This document shows, piece by piece, positions 13,162 through 26,500 of a DNA stretch of 64,000 nucleotides. Below the pieces are notes generated by a model. The model was not told where the DNA came from, did no database searches, and saw only the letters and a list, made by a program, of their open reading frames with translations. The position numbers and the translations under genes were made by a program. Origin of the DNA: Azolla caroliniana. Lineage: Eukaryota > Plantae > Polypodiophyta. The stretch is from positions 21,514,001 through 21,578,000 of the forward strand of contig JBHGNT010000004.1 in assembly GCA_043228905.1 (NCBI GenBank), in the 5' to 3' direction. Within the stretch, counting starts at the first letter, position 1. Each line of letters begins with the position of its first letter.

Positions 13162-14519
13162 CTCTCTCTCTCTCCCCTCAAAGTATTATATCAATCATTT
13201 ACAATGTCAAAAATTACACAAGTGCACATCACTAGCATTATGTCACCTTCGCCCACTATTTCATTTTCTATGAACCATTTTGATCCATGTCTTTTACATG
13301 ATTTTAGAATCTCAACCATGATTTCCTTTCCCTTTCTTTTTATACATCACTTTAGAAAGTGAGGTTCCATTATCACATGGACACGGTAAATGTGCCGATC
13401 CACTTGCGCTCGCTCATTTTGGTTTTCTCATAATTGGTGCTAGCAATACATTTGGCTACATTGTTGATTTCCCGGTATCTCAAAATACAATACAATAGTC
13501 ACCATAATGAGACTCTGACATTCCCATCCACCGCTTTCACACTATTGTTTTATCTTATAATCAATTGGCACCAAAGCAACACAAAATGTCAAAAAGTGTC
13601 TTGTTTTCGAATATTATTGAAGTACTTAATAAAATGTAATTGGGTAATTAAATGTCAACTCATAAATTCATTATGTACAAAAGTATGTGAATTTCTCCAA
13701 AAATTGTAACCATAACATGTGACTTCAACTGACAGAGGTTTTTAAGCCCTTTCACACATTATTAATGTATAGAAAGGAACCACTTAAAGGAGATATACAT
13801 CAATTGAATAGGAAATAATGCATTACTTTACAAGCAAATCTATAGTTTCTTTAAATAGGCCTTGAACGCACATTTGTCAAGAAGGTCTACGTATAGAGAC
13901 CCCATAGGGATGATTTCGATCTTTGTTTGTGATTCGAGATTCCTCACAAGGATATCATTTTCCCCAAAAGACACATATCGCTACCTCATATCTTCATTGG
14001 AAGTGACTACCAAAGAAATGTAGCAAAAGATTGTATCGATTCCTTGAACATCAATTGCATTAGAAATTTTCCTCGCTAAATACAAAGGTGACATTCTTAG
14101 TCTAGAATAAATTATTTACGTGCTTTCAAGAGGACACTCTTAGGCTAGAATAAACTAAATAGGCTTTTCTAGATATAACCATTGTGAAAACACTATGAAA
14201 GACAAATGTGTTGTGAGGCCCTAGATGTGGCGACAATTCTCATTCTTCACAAGTAACCCCTTTCTATATCCATAAAAGAATATTCTCTTTAATTCATTAT
14301 TAGATTAGTTGATCCTTGATTAATGATTTATCAATCTCGAGACAAGTGTTAATCATAAAAAATTTAGGACCTGACCATAATTAATCTTCACTTTGGAGCA
14401 ACCTAAGTCATCTAGCCACTCATAATGTTAAAGAGAATGTCTTTATCAAAATATGCATATTTTTTTTGTGTTTCTAGAGGTCAATGATAAATAAAATTAT
14501 GAAATTAAAAAGTATATGA

Positions 14520-17500
14520 TCATAGTTAAAATGGACACGTTGTTTCCCCAAGATTGGCATTCTCCCGAAGACAGTGCGGTCAGGAGCGGAGCGGGAGCAG
14601 TCCAGCGTTGCACTGAGGCAATGGTGCCTGATATTATCTTGGTGCAGGAGCAGTCCAGCGTTGCACTGAGGCAATGGTGCCTGATATTATCTTGGTGCAG
14701 GAGCACCATCTAGATGAGGATAAGATCAATAAAATTGGAAGCATTTGCCCTGGGAACTGGACCAATACATGGTCAACAGCTACGGGGGATATGTAGATTT
14801 AGGGGGGAGTACTTATAGCTATGAAATCTAAGTTTAAGTTTACTGTTGATTGTACAGGTATGGGGAGTTTAATAGAGGGTCGTTCTGTCTACATAAGGAT
14901 AAAACATAGTTGTGGGCACTTGGGCATACTGAACATATATGCCCCAAATTCAACTGTTGAAAGACGAGAATCTTGGTTGCAATTAGTGGCCAAGAAGCCA
15001 GATGCTGAGTTGTGGATCATTGGAGGAGACTTTAATATGGTGGAGCATCCAGAAGATAGAAGAGGCAATGCAAATGGCATGGTGCAGGGAGCGGAGAAGT
15101 ATGCATGGGATAAGTTTTGTTTAGCATATAATGTGATAGACTGTTGGAATGCACCTAACTTTCAAATGCAAAAAGAAAAATCTCTTCGATACTCTAGAGT
15201 AGGAGGAAGTGTGCATGGGCGGACGATGTCCAGGTTGGACAGATGGTATTTGGACCATCGACTCATGGATAGGAAAGGCAAATGCATTATTTGTTCGGGT
15301 ACAATGTTCTCTGATCATGCCCCAATTCTGTTGCACATACAAGAAAACAATCGATGCAAGCCACATAATGTGAAGGTGTGCAAGGAATTGGTTATGGATA
15401 CTAAATTGACCGATGATATACGGAAAATATGGTCTAATATCAAATGGAGGTACATTGACCCTGCTCATAGGCTAGTTGGGAAACTTGAGGCATGTGTAGG
15501 TTTTTTTCAACATAAAGCGATTGAAATTAGAAAAGAGATAAGGGGGAAAATGTAGAAAATGCAATGGTCACTCACTTCTATGCAACGACTAAGAGAATTA
15601 TACCCAAATAATATATGGATTGAGGCTCGACTAGAGGAGGCCAAAAGAAAATTAGAGATGTACCAAAAACTTAGGAGTACCTATGCCTATCGAGCAAGGC
15701 AACAAGCTGGATGAGGGTAGGAGATTGGGTTACTAAAGGATTTTTTGAAGCTGTTAAATGCAAACAATCCGGGATTCAACCTTCATGCTTAAAAAAGATA
15801 GATGGCACAATGACCACATGCAAAGAGGAAATGCTTGAAATAGCCACAAGCTATTATACTGAACTACTAAGTGTATGCAATGAGGAACTGATTGATCAGG
15901 TTGCCTTCAGAAATATAATAAATAGGATACCAAGGAAAGTTACAACTTAGATGATGGACCGACTAAATACCCCAATATGTATGCATGAATTGTGGGATGC
16001 TATTGGGGATATGAACAAACAAAGTTGTGCAAGAATTGATGGACTTCATATATACTTTTACATCCAATATTGGGATCTAATTAAGGATGACATGCTGGCA
16101 GGGATGCAATACATTATGGTAGAAGGATTAATGCCCACAACAATGTGTAGAGGCATGATTTATTTAATACCCAAGGTTGGTAAATACCTAACAACGCTTG
16201 ATAATTGGCGACCATTGACGATTCTCACCAATGCATATAAGATAATGGCCAAAGTCGTAAGTAAGAGATTGAAAATGGTTCTTGGGGACATTATACATAC
16301 AATGCAAACTAGCTTCCTGGAAAACCAGAGCATTGTTGACAATGTGATAACATCCTGGGAATACTCAACATGGGTGGAGGAGCAAGAAGTGGGCCTAGCA
16401 GTAATGCTACTCGACTTCGAAAAAGCTTATGACAGGATTTCATGGGATTTTCTAGAAGCAGCGATGGCAACCCTAGGCTTTGAACAAAAATGGATCCTTG
16501 GAATGAATGCCTTTTATAGAGGTGCATCTAGCCAGGTGTTAATGGCTGGAAGTATGGGGAAGAGCTTTAAGATGCTACGTTCGGTACACCAAGGATGCCC
16601 ATTGGCCCCGTACTTATACATCATTGCAGCAGAAGCTTTGCATTATCAAATTGTTGATAGATCTTGGCAAATACAAGGCCTTACCTTGCCTGATGATGAA
16701 GGTATGGTGCTTGATACGACATATGTTGATGACACAATGACCAATGTCAAATGTGATGCACACAACTTGGGCAAATTGCAAAATGCAATTGATGAGTTTT
16801 GTAGGGGATTAGATGCTAAAATAAATTGGAATAAATCTGTGGGCATTTGGATCAGTAATAAGCCCATGCTAAATTGGGTCCTCGACCCCAATTTTAGATG
16901 GTTGAGGAAAGGAGAAGCTACTAGATACTTGGGCTTCAAATTTGGTATGGACATTGATCGAGCAGAACATTACAATCTACTAGTGGACAAAATAAAAGCG
17001 AAGTTAATATGGTGGAATGCAAGAAAACGATCCTTTGTGGGAAAGATTGTGATTGCAAATCAGATTCTAATGGTCACTATTTGGCATACTGTTGCATGTT
17101 GGATAATCATGCCCAAGTCGATGAAATTGATAAAAAGGATTATCAGAAATTTCTTATGGGGGCGCACGGAGGAAAAACAAGCCTGTGCAAAGGTTGCTTG
17201 GACCACGCTTATAAAAAGGAAAAGTGAAGGGGGGATGGGATTGATAGATCCCGTGGTGCAAACGAAGGCCTTGCTAGGCCAACTAGTGGTCAGGAGCCTA
17301 CAACCTCCTGAGGCACCTTGGAAAGTTCTATGGCGACGTAGATGGAAGATGTGGTTGCCGAGACAAGGTGGATGTTGGCCAAGCAACCCATTTTGGGGCT
17401 TTGTGCCAGAAATGAGACCCAAATATTGGGGAAGTATGCAGAGTCATTGTGCTATTGGAATTATGAAAGCATGGCGAGAAATCAGAAAGGGGATTACATG

Positions 17501-19170
17501 TAGGTGGAGAAATGATGCATATGCGCGGATGTACATGCCAATTGTATGGAACCCATTGATTAGAGATATGGATGGGCTAATGATAGGCCAAAAAGCAGGT
17601 TTCAAATGGGCTGAGTTAATCAATGCCCAAGGGAATGCATTAGTGGTGTGGGAGAGGTTTTTGTCCAATGAGGTGGGCACTCAAAAGGCTAGAATATGGA
17701 GAATAAGTTGGGGTAAAGGCATGCTCAAGAGAATTACAAATGACATTGCATGCTACAGGAATACCGTGGAAGAGGAAGAAGTAACAACCTTTGAAATTGC
17801 GTGGACAGAACTTATAGATGCCGAGAACTGTTTAATTGGCATTAAGGGAATGAAAGTAGAATCAAATGAGGTATTCTACTACAAACTAGAGCATGGAATG
17901 GTAAGAGTTGAGCAACCAGCCTTTCAAAGAGAAAGGCCGATTAGGCTGATCGCAAAAAATGGCAATAATATGATTATTGACCCTAAACCAACGGAGATCA
18001 TACCGGTGACAGTGTGTTGGCCTATATAAGGGCATTTGGATCAATTATCATGGGACCCAATGATGTATTGTTGGAGAACTCAAGGACAAACTGATCGGGA
18101 AAAGCTGGTTCAATTTTTCATGCATAACACGAAGATTGGGAGGCAAATTATTCTAGAACAAGAACACGACAAGATTGCAACAAGGAAATTTTGGATACAG
18201 GAGGGCATTAGTGAAATGAGACTAGATAAATTTTGGAAAATGATATGGCATGAAAAATATGACCACAAGATAATGATGTGTTTATGGCTTATTGCACATA
18301 GAGCCTTGCCAAAGGGACGTGGGGTAAAGGCCCCAATGTAGACCCTAGATGTATTGCCTATGGATAGATAGAAAGAATTTCTCATTGTCTATGGGAATGT
18401 CGCGAGGCAGTGGCTGTATGGGGAAGGGCAATACGTTTGCTTTGCCATGACCCTAGTTTGTTCACCCTCAACTGGGGACATGCTTGCAGGATTTGTCTTG
18501 AGGATGATGTGGCGAAATATGATGGCACTTGCGATGCGAAGTACAGACTCAGGGAGAATGGCATTGTGCGGCTGATCACTAACAACAGGCTACCTACAAC
18601 TTGTGCATAGAATCAAAAACTTGGAGATTTTTGGATGTTGCTTGCCCCCATTACTATATGGTATATATGGACAACAAGGTGTACCAGGGTATTTTCAGCA
18701 CACAAACGCCCCCAGTTGAATCGATTAAGCTAATCTAGCACACATTAATAACTACAGTAAGAGCTCAATATGAGCGGATTGATGGTACTAATGATGCTGC
18801 AGAATTAATGAGGCTGAATTTTCGAAAGCGATGGTGTACTACACTGATGGCCGCAACAAATGGAATGGATATACTATGGAAGTATGAAGTACCCAAATGG
18901 TTGTTCCCCCCTCCCATTAGATGAACGAGGGGCGTGAAAGACATGGCATGTGGGATAGTGAATGTAGGTGATGTGCATGAAAGGATGGCTAGAGCCATAT
19001 GTGAAAGTGTAAGATAAATAAGCAAGATCTCTTGTGTAGGATAGGATAGTCTTGGCTCGGCCTTCCTGAGAAAGGGATCGAGTTTGTATATATTTTAACT
19101 AAAGGAGTAGATTCTTTTTTGGAAAAAGATTAGCATTCTTCCAATTAATGAGGTAATATATATCTTTTTT
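14520..19170 (+). mobile_element. 5'-truncated, decayed L1-type LINE (ORF2: APE endonuclease, RT, C-terminal zf-RVT)
   Basis: APE motifs DIILVQEH, LNIYAPN, IIGGDFN, SRLDRWY, SDHAPI. RT motifs WRPLT, LDFEKAYDR, QGCPLAP, YVDD, YLG. Cys-rich C-terminus near 18330-18420. Several stops and frameshifts; no ORF1 seen; ends approximate. Confidence 0.9.
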
Positions 19171-20299
19171 ATTCTATGAGAAGATACATGTCAAACTCAT
19201 ACACACATTTGTCATAACACTTGATGCATCAACATATCATTCAACTTCTCTCTAGATAAAAGTAGAACATTGTCACCTTAGTAGCTAGTGGCCACACATT
19301 ATGTATATACTCTCATATTGCATCCTTTACGCATGTTGTACATCCATATTTACTAGATTCTACCAAACGGTTTTGGAGAAATTGATTGAGGACTCTAGAT
19401 TCTAACAAAATGATGGGTCTTTCTAATACTTTCACATCCCATTTGGTGAAAAATGTGGTTTTTTGCAAAGATACAAAAAGTATTACAGAAGAACAACCAT
19501 TATGCTCTATTGTCCATTTATTTTCTTGTATAAGTATCAATAATATAACTTGACATCATATATACATTTTGTGAAGTTATATGTACACAAAGACAATGCT
19601 ATTTTGCTTTTTGTGGCATCATTGAGGTAACTCTGGTCAATATTTCTTAGGATTTTCCTTAGAAAGCATATAGAAGAGGTTGAACAACTTGTACAAGTCT
19701 ATAATTTGCCACGTGATGTTTTCATATATGGAAAATGATGTTAAACTCATATGAAGAAATTCTTATTGATATGATCAAGAAATCAGGGATACTCAATTTA
19801 TGATTTTTCCAAAGGAAATTTGTTTATGTTCTAATTGAGAAGACATGCTTTTGAACGAACATAATTCAACTCATGGTTCTAAAATGGGCTCATTATACAA
19901 TAAATACTATTAAGAATTTCTACTACATATCCAAGCATCTTAGGGCATTATGTTTGTATGAGGTTCACACTTGATAAACCACAATGTGCTTAAGGTTATA
20001 TTATCTATACAACATTTGAAATTTCTTGGTAAACAAAATGGAGCTTTGAGATTTTTTTACTTGGGCCCACTTGTTGTCCACCATTGATTTGTTGGGCGGA
20101 CGAGTCATGTGTGTGCTTGCTTCCTTCATCGCTTCCAGCTATGATGTTGTTGTAGGTACCACAAATTGAGGAATCATTGAACTCGTTGATTCATGTGGGG
20201 GTTAATGAGATGTGATGTTGTAGTGGTATTCGTTGATAGTGTAGATGTCACAAGGGTTTGGGGTGATGGTTATGTTTATGACATCCTCTTGTTGTCGTA

Positions 20300-20640
20300 T
20301 GCTTTTCTTCAATGGTGGGTGGCATGTTTGATCTGGGAATGACCATCATATGGCCACATTTCATCCTTTTTCCCACTCATCACATGTTTGGGTAAAAATG
20401 GTATTGAGAATATTTCCTCAATAAATCCTTCTTCACATTCTAAAGCTATTTAGGACTTTCTTCAAGGAGGGTGTGGAACAACTTCCTTGCTTGGCCATCG
20501 AGGGACAACCTAAAATATGCCACTCAATTAGATTGGTTCATAAGCCCAAAAAACTTGTTTGAACCACTCAATTAGAAATTGCTCGTGTGTGTCCCTTGGG
20601 ACCATCTTACTAGGGGGTGTAAATTTCATGTAGTCTCTAG
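20300..20640 (-). pseudogene. Highly decayed retrotransposon gag remnant
   Basis: Frameshifted minus-strand translation resembles the capsid motif FRLSLDGQARK.FHTL, similar to FTLSLDGPAA.WY in Gypsy G gag. Confidence 0.35.
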
Positions 20641-21508
20641 GGAATTAGTGACATTGTAGTAAAAATGTTTGTTGATCTTGTACCATCCTAGTTATTTGTG
20701 AATGCATAGATTGGCACAAAGCCACAACATTAGGGTGGGAAAGTAATGGATCTTCAAGTACTATTTATTGTGGGCATTGGGATTGGGTAGTATTGTGTGG
20801 GTGGCCCTCATGTGTTGTTGAGATCAAGCTTATTTTGGAAGGGCATGGGATGGTTCAATTTTAAAGTTCATGCCAATTAGTACAGGTGACCTTCCAGTCA
20901 CGCCTAATAAACTAATTCTCGTATAAGATTAATGGAAGCTACGTTTAGGTGTTGGTTGTCTTCTTCTATTAAGCTTTCATTTTAATAGGCATGCCCCTCT
21001 CTTTAAGGAGTTTTTTTTGGAATATTTTTTGTAACCCCAACTTAGCCTTGTGTGCTACTTCTAGTGAGACATTATGTTTAGCTAACATATTGTGGTGTGC
21101 ATGTGTTCCTTTGTGCCACCCTTTTAGCTCACCCTTTTTAGGATGCGTGTGCTCAAGTTGACCCACCCTTTTAGCACACCATGTTTAGCCAAGCCAAGCC
21201 AACCCAAATGGGTTTCGTTGTATCAACTATAAATTGATTAAGAAGTAAGAAGCTAAGTAGACTGGTTTTGATCTCTTATGTGCATTTCACATATTGGTGG
21301 AGATGACGGGGTACTAGTCCCCCACATCCAAGCATCCGCCTCTTCCGCTTCGTAGGTAGCATCGCCCTCACCACCATCACCGACACTCTTGTTAGTCTCT
21401 TGTAGTAGTATCTCTTCTATTAGCACCGCCTTAGTTCACTAGTTAGGCCTCCCGATATCCACCGCTTCATCATCAACATCGCTTCATTGTCTCTATTTTT
21501 TAGTTTCT

Positions 21509-21929
21509 TTCGTGTTCGTGTTCGAGTTCCCGGTGAGGGCCGCATGGTCGCTCATGCCCGTTGGTGTTCGAGTTCCCGATGAGAGCCACACATGGCTGCT
21601 CACTCCCGTTGGTGTTCGTGTTCTAGTTCTTGGTGAGGGCCGCATGGTCGCTCACGCCCATTCGTGTTCGAGTTCTCGATGAGGGCCACACATGGCCGCT
21701 CACTCCCGTTCGTGTTCCTGTTCCCAGTGAGGGCCGCATGGTCGCTCACTCCCGTTTGTGTTCCAGTCTCTGGTGAGGACTGCACATGGCCGCTCACTCC
21801 AACTATCGTTCGTGTTCCAATTCTCAGTGAGGACAACATGGTTGCTCACACCCGTTGGTGTTCGTGTTCCAACTCTCAACGAGGACCGTTCCAGTTCCCG
21901 GCAAGGACCACACATGGTCACTCATGCCC
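21509..21929 (+). repeat. Array of ~8 degenerate 46-54 bp repeats, each with a TGAG-NNCCR...TGGNN-G-CTCA hairpin, inside TRIM E
   Basis: Hairpin cores start at ~21533, 21579, 21633, 21679, 21727, 21773, 21827 and 21902. Confidence 0.8.
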
Positions 21930-23315
21930 CTCAATCTCTTGTTTCTCGCAGGGGGGAAATGTGGTGTGCATGTGTTCCTTTGTGCCACCCTTTTAGCTCA
22001 CCCTTTTTAGGATGCGTGTGCTCAAGTTGACCCACCCTTTTAGCACACCATGTTTAGCCAAGCCAAGCCAACCCAAATGGGTTTCGTTGTATCAACTATA
22101 AATTGATTAAGAAGTAAGTGATGGAAAATTAATTGACACTTTCCAAAACTTCACCTCTCGGCCACAACCAAGGAAACACACGAATCGTTGTTGCAGAAGA
22201 TGGGAAATGCAGTGGACACATGATTTAACGTGGAAAACCCTGTACGGGAAAAACCACGGGAGTACAAGACTCCGAACCAAAACTATGCACAGAGAAGTAT
22301 ACAATGGCGAGCTGCAAGGCGACGACCTTGAGCTCGCTGTCCTCGCCACAGGCGGCGGAAATACACAGAGGCGTCGACCTCTTCCTCTCTCACGCTCTAT
22401 CTCTCTCACGGCTGCTCTCTCTTCACTCCTCTTGAGTGGAAAAACAGAAAAATAAGAAGCAACATAAAACTGTTTGCCCTAAGTCATATTTATACACATA
22501 TGACTTTAGGGCTATTTACAACTATAGCCTCAAGGGCCCTTAGCAAACATATTCACGGATATGTCCCCGCATCCGGATCTCTCTCCGGGTACATTCGTCA
22601 TCCGGCTCCGAAGCCGGGGTCTTCATCATCCGGTTCCGAAACCGAAACCGGGCTCGTCGGCATTCATCTCCGACATCCGACCATCCCATCCGAAGGGACC
22701 GTAATCCCAACAAACTCCCCCTTCACTTCGGCATGGGATGTCTTTCCAATCCGATCCTCTTCCGGCATGCTTCCAGCTTGTCGGGTGTGAGCACCTTGGT
22801 CAGCATATCCGACCCGTTCTCGTCCGTGTGGACCTTCGTCAGCACGAACTCCTTGTCTTCTATCCTTTCCCGGATCCAGTGATATCTTCGCTGGATGTGC
22901 TTCGTCCGGGAGTGATAGGCCGCGTTCTTCGCAAGGTGGATTGCACTCTGACTGTCGCAGTAGAGTCGGTACTCCTCCTGCCGGATACCGAGCTCTCTAA
23001 TGAAGTCCTTCATCCATATTATTTCCTTGCCGGCTTCAACAGCCGCCATGTACTCCGCCTCCGTGGTTGACAACGCAACCGTCTTCTGCAGCCTCGACTG
23101 CCATGAAACAGCTCCCCCTGCATACGTCATCACATACCCTGATGTGGACCGGCTGGTATCTGCATCAGCCGACATATCCGAATCGGTGAAGCCGTCGAGC
23201 TCGGGCTTACCGGAGCCGAATCGGAGGCACACGTTTGCCGTGCCCTTCAGGTATTGGAGTATCCACTTGGCCGCGTTCCAATGCTCTTTGCCGGGATTGC
23301 TCATGTACCGGCTCA

Positions 23316-23489
23316 TGTCGAATACATGTGTATAATGGACGTATTCACACTATCCCGTTTTGGCCATTTATGTAATTAGCATAAAGGATAGTTGCCCTAA
23401 GTCGGTCACTATATATATTGACCTTGTAACCTTTTTGCAAGGTTGGGTGTTGTATTATTGCTTTATGGAATAAGGAGTCTTTTGTGTGT

Positions 23490-23527
<38 letters not shown>

Positions 23528-26500
23528 AACTACCGAGAAACTGTCATACGCAGGTACTGCAACAGCAATCGAATGCTTCTTGATCGAATGCTTCTTGATC
23601 TTCCGCATAGACGACCTCGTCTACAACATCTGGTATCAGAGCAGAGGTTCGGCCGTCATCACCGCCTGCACAGCATTCGGTTCTTCACTTCATCACGGCC
23701 TGCACAGTATTCGCGTCATTCGAAGAAAGAGAGAAGAAGAACAAAAACGAGGTTTGCACCTCATCACGTTAGATCCCCTTGCTTGGAGTAAGCCAGCAGG
23801 TTGTACTCTGTTCCTTGTGATCGTAACCGCTCGAGGTGAAATCCCCTTGTGCAACATTGACACGATCGTGCTCCACTCGGTTAAACAGCATCCGAAAAGG
23901 TCATTAAACGCTGCTCGCCGCTCGTTGTAACCACTCGGTGCAGATCGGTCTCAAGACAACAACCCCAATTCGCGCTTCATCCGGCTGATCGACATTCGGG
24001 AGGATCAGTTGGATCTGTCTCTCTCGTCGCTGCAGTCACCCGAAGCCGAATCGGTCCAGATAATCGGTTTCAATAATCGGTATTCGGCATATATATCCGA
24101 AGCGAACCGGGCTCACTCTGACTCGGCGACATTCGGGAAGACCAGTCGGTTCTGTCCCTCAAGTTACCGGAGTCAATTCGAGCAAGTTCAACAATACATA
24201 TATCCGAAGCCGAACCGACTCGGGTTCAAATCCGACTAGAACGATATCGGGTGAGCCAACCGGCTGCACTCCAACAAGATTCGTAGTCAACTCCGAACCG
24301 AGCTTCGTCAACCGAAACCAAATTTGATGGCATCAACATCCGGCTCGTCAGAAATGAGTCTACGAAAGTTCGATGGATCGAACTTTAACTTCTGGAAGGA
24401 GCAAATGCAGGACTATCTCATAGTCAAGGGGCAAATCGATCCCATCGAAAATGAAGAACCTCCAGAAGGATACAAACCAATTGAGTGGCAGAAGCTGGAC
24501 AGAATCGTCCGCGCCACGATTCGGATGCACCTATCGGAATCGGTATATTTTACGGTGCAATCGTGTACGACAGCATTCGAACTGTGGAAAACACTGTCGG
24601 ACACTTACGAAAAGAAGGTCGCCGCAACGAAGATGTTTCTGATCCGGCGCCTCTACAACTTGCGGATGAAAGAATCCGACTCGGTTCAAGCACACCTCAA
24701 TGAGTACGAAAGCATAAGCTCCCAAATCTCGTCACAGGGGACGGCAATCGAGGATGAACTCAGAGCAATGATACTCATGAGCAGCCTTCCCTCATCATGG
24801 GAAACTTTCGTCACAACCGTGTGCAACGCGTCAACCACGGCTGTTAAATACTCCGAAGTCACGAGCGCAATCCTGACCGAAGCAGCTCGGAGAAAGTCTT
24901 TCGCCAAAGACTCAACAGACGACGCTTACGTAGTACAAGGTTCGACAGACCGATCGAACATACGAGGAAGAGATTCCTCACGGCCGCCGAACAATCAGCG
25001 AAGACGGAGCCAGTCCCGGGATAACCGAATCTGCAACTATTGCAAGAAACCCGGACACATCAAAGCCGACTGCCGCGCACTCAAGAACAAGAACAACAAG
25101 AAGAGTGGCCGGCATGAGGAGATCAATTACGTCAGCTTCTCAGCTGATGTACTACCGGACGACCCGAATATACTATCAATCGAAAATCCAGTCGGATCAG
25201 AAGTTCTACTCACGACTGAAGAATCGAGCACATGGCTCTTGGATTCGGGCGCGTCATTTCACGTGACTCCTCATCGATCCCAATTTCGGCAATATACGAT
25301 CCGTCACTCCGACTCAGTTCGAGTCGGCAACTCACAACACTGTGACATCATCGGAATCGGCACAGTAGAGCTCAACCTTGCAGGTGGCTCTACACTTGTA
25401 CTCCACAATGTCCGACATGTACCCGAGCTCTCAAGGCCATTGATCTCAGTCGGACAACTAGATGAAGACGACATTCGTGCCGGTTTTTCTTCGGGAGGGT
25501 GGACACTCCACAGGGGGAACCTCCTGCTTGCTAGAGGACCCAAGATACACTCACTGTATCCGTTACATGTTACGCTCAGAGAGGGTAACCTGTTTTTGGT
25601 GGATATTCCTGTGTCATCACTATGGCACCGAAGATTAGGACACCTCAGCAAGGCCGGCATCACGCACCTATCTAGAGCCGGATACATCCCCAAACTCTCC
25701 TTCTCGGACCATCAATTCTGCGAGCATTGCCAGTATGGCAAACAAGCAGCCGCATCACACCCGACATCAGCACCAAGAGAAACGAGACCTCTCGATTTAG
25801 TCCACTCGGACGTCTGTGGCCCAATGCCGCATCAGTCTCTTGGCGGTGCCTCTTACTTCGTCAGTTTTATTGACGATTCGACTCGAAAGGTGTGGGCTTA
25901 TCCAATTCGCACCAAAGATCGTGTCTTCTCGATCTTCTCCGATTGGCTCGCTATGGTAGAAAATCAAACCGACCGAAAACTGAAATGCTTTCGGACCGAT
26001 AATGGGGGAGAGTTCAAATCTGAAGAATTCGTCAAATTCTGCCAACAACGCAGCATCCGACGTGAATTTACGGCACCACACAGTCCGGAGCAAAACGGGA
26101 TTGCAGAACGAATGAATCGGACAATCCAAGAACGGATAGTTTCCATGCTCCAACACTCCCGACTATCGGATGGCTTCTGGGCAGAGGCTCTACTCACGGC
26201 AGTACACATAATCAATATGTCGCCAAGTAGACCTCTAGGACTTCAAATTCCTCAGGAACTATGGATCGGCAGTAAGCCGAATTACGACAAGCTGAGGATC
26301 TTCGGATGCGAGGCGTACGCCCTTATTCCGAAAGATGATCGCCGAAAACTTGCACCTCGGTCCAGGAAATGCATTTTCCTTGGATATGGATCAGACGGCG
26401 AAATGGGATACCGACTCTGGGACCCCGAACGCAGACAAATCGTTCGAAGTTCGGACGTTGTGTTCAACGAGTCGGCTATGAATCCATCAGTCGAAAAACC

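Noticed and set aside
21091-22118. Retrozyme (hammerhead-bearing non-autonomous LTR element)
   Set aside because: No CUGANGA/GAAA core was seen in the LTRs of element E.
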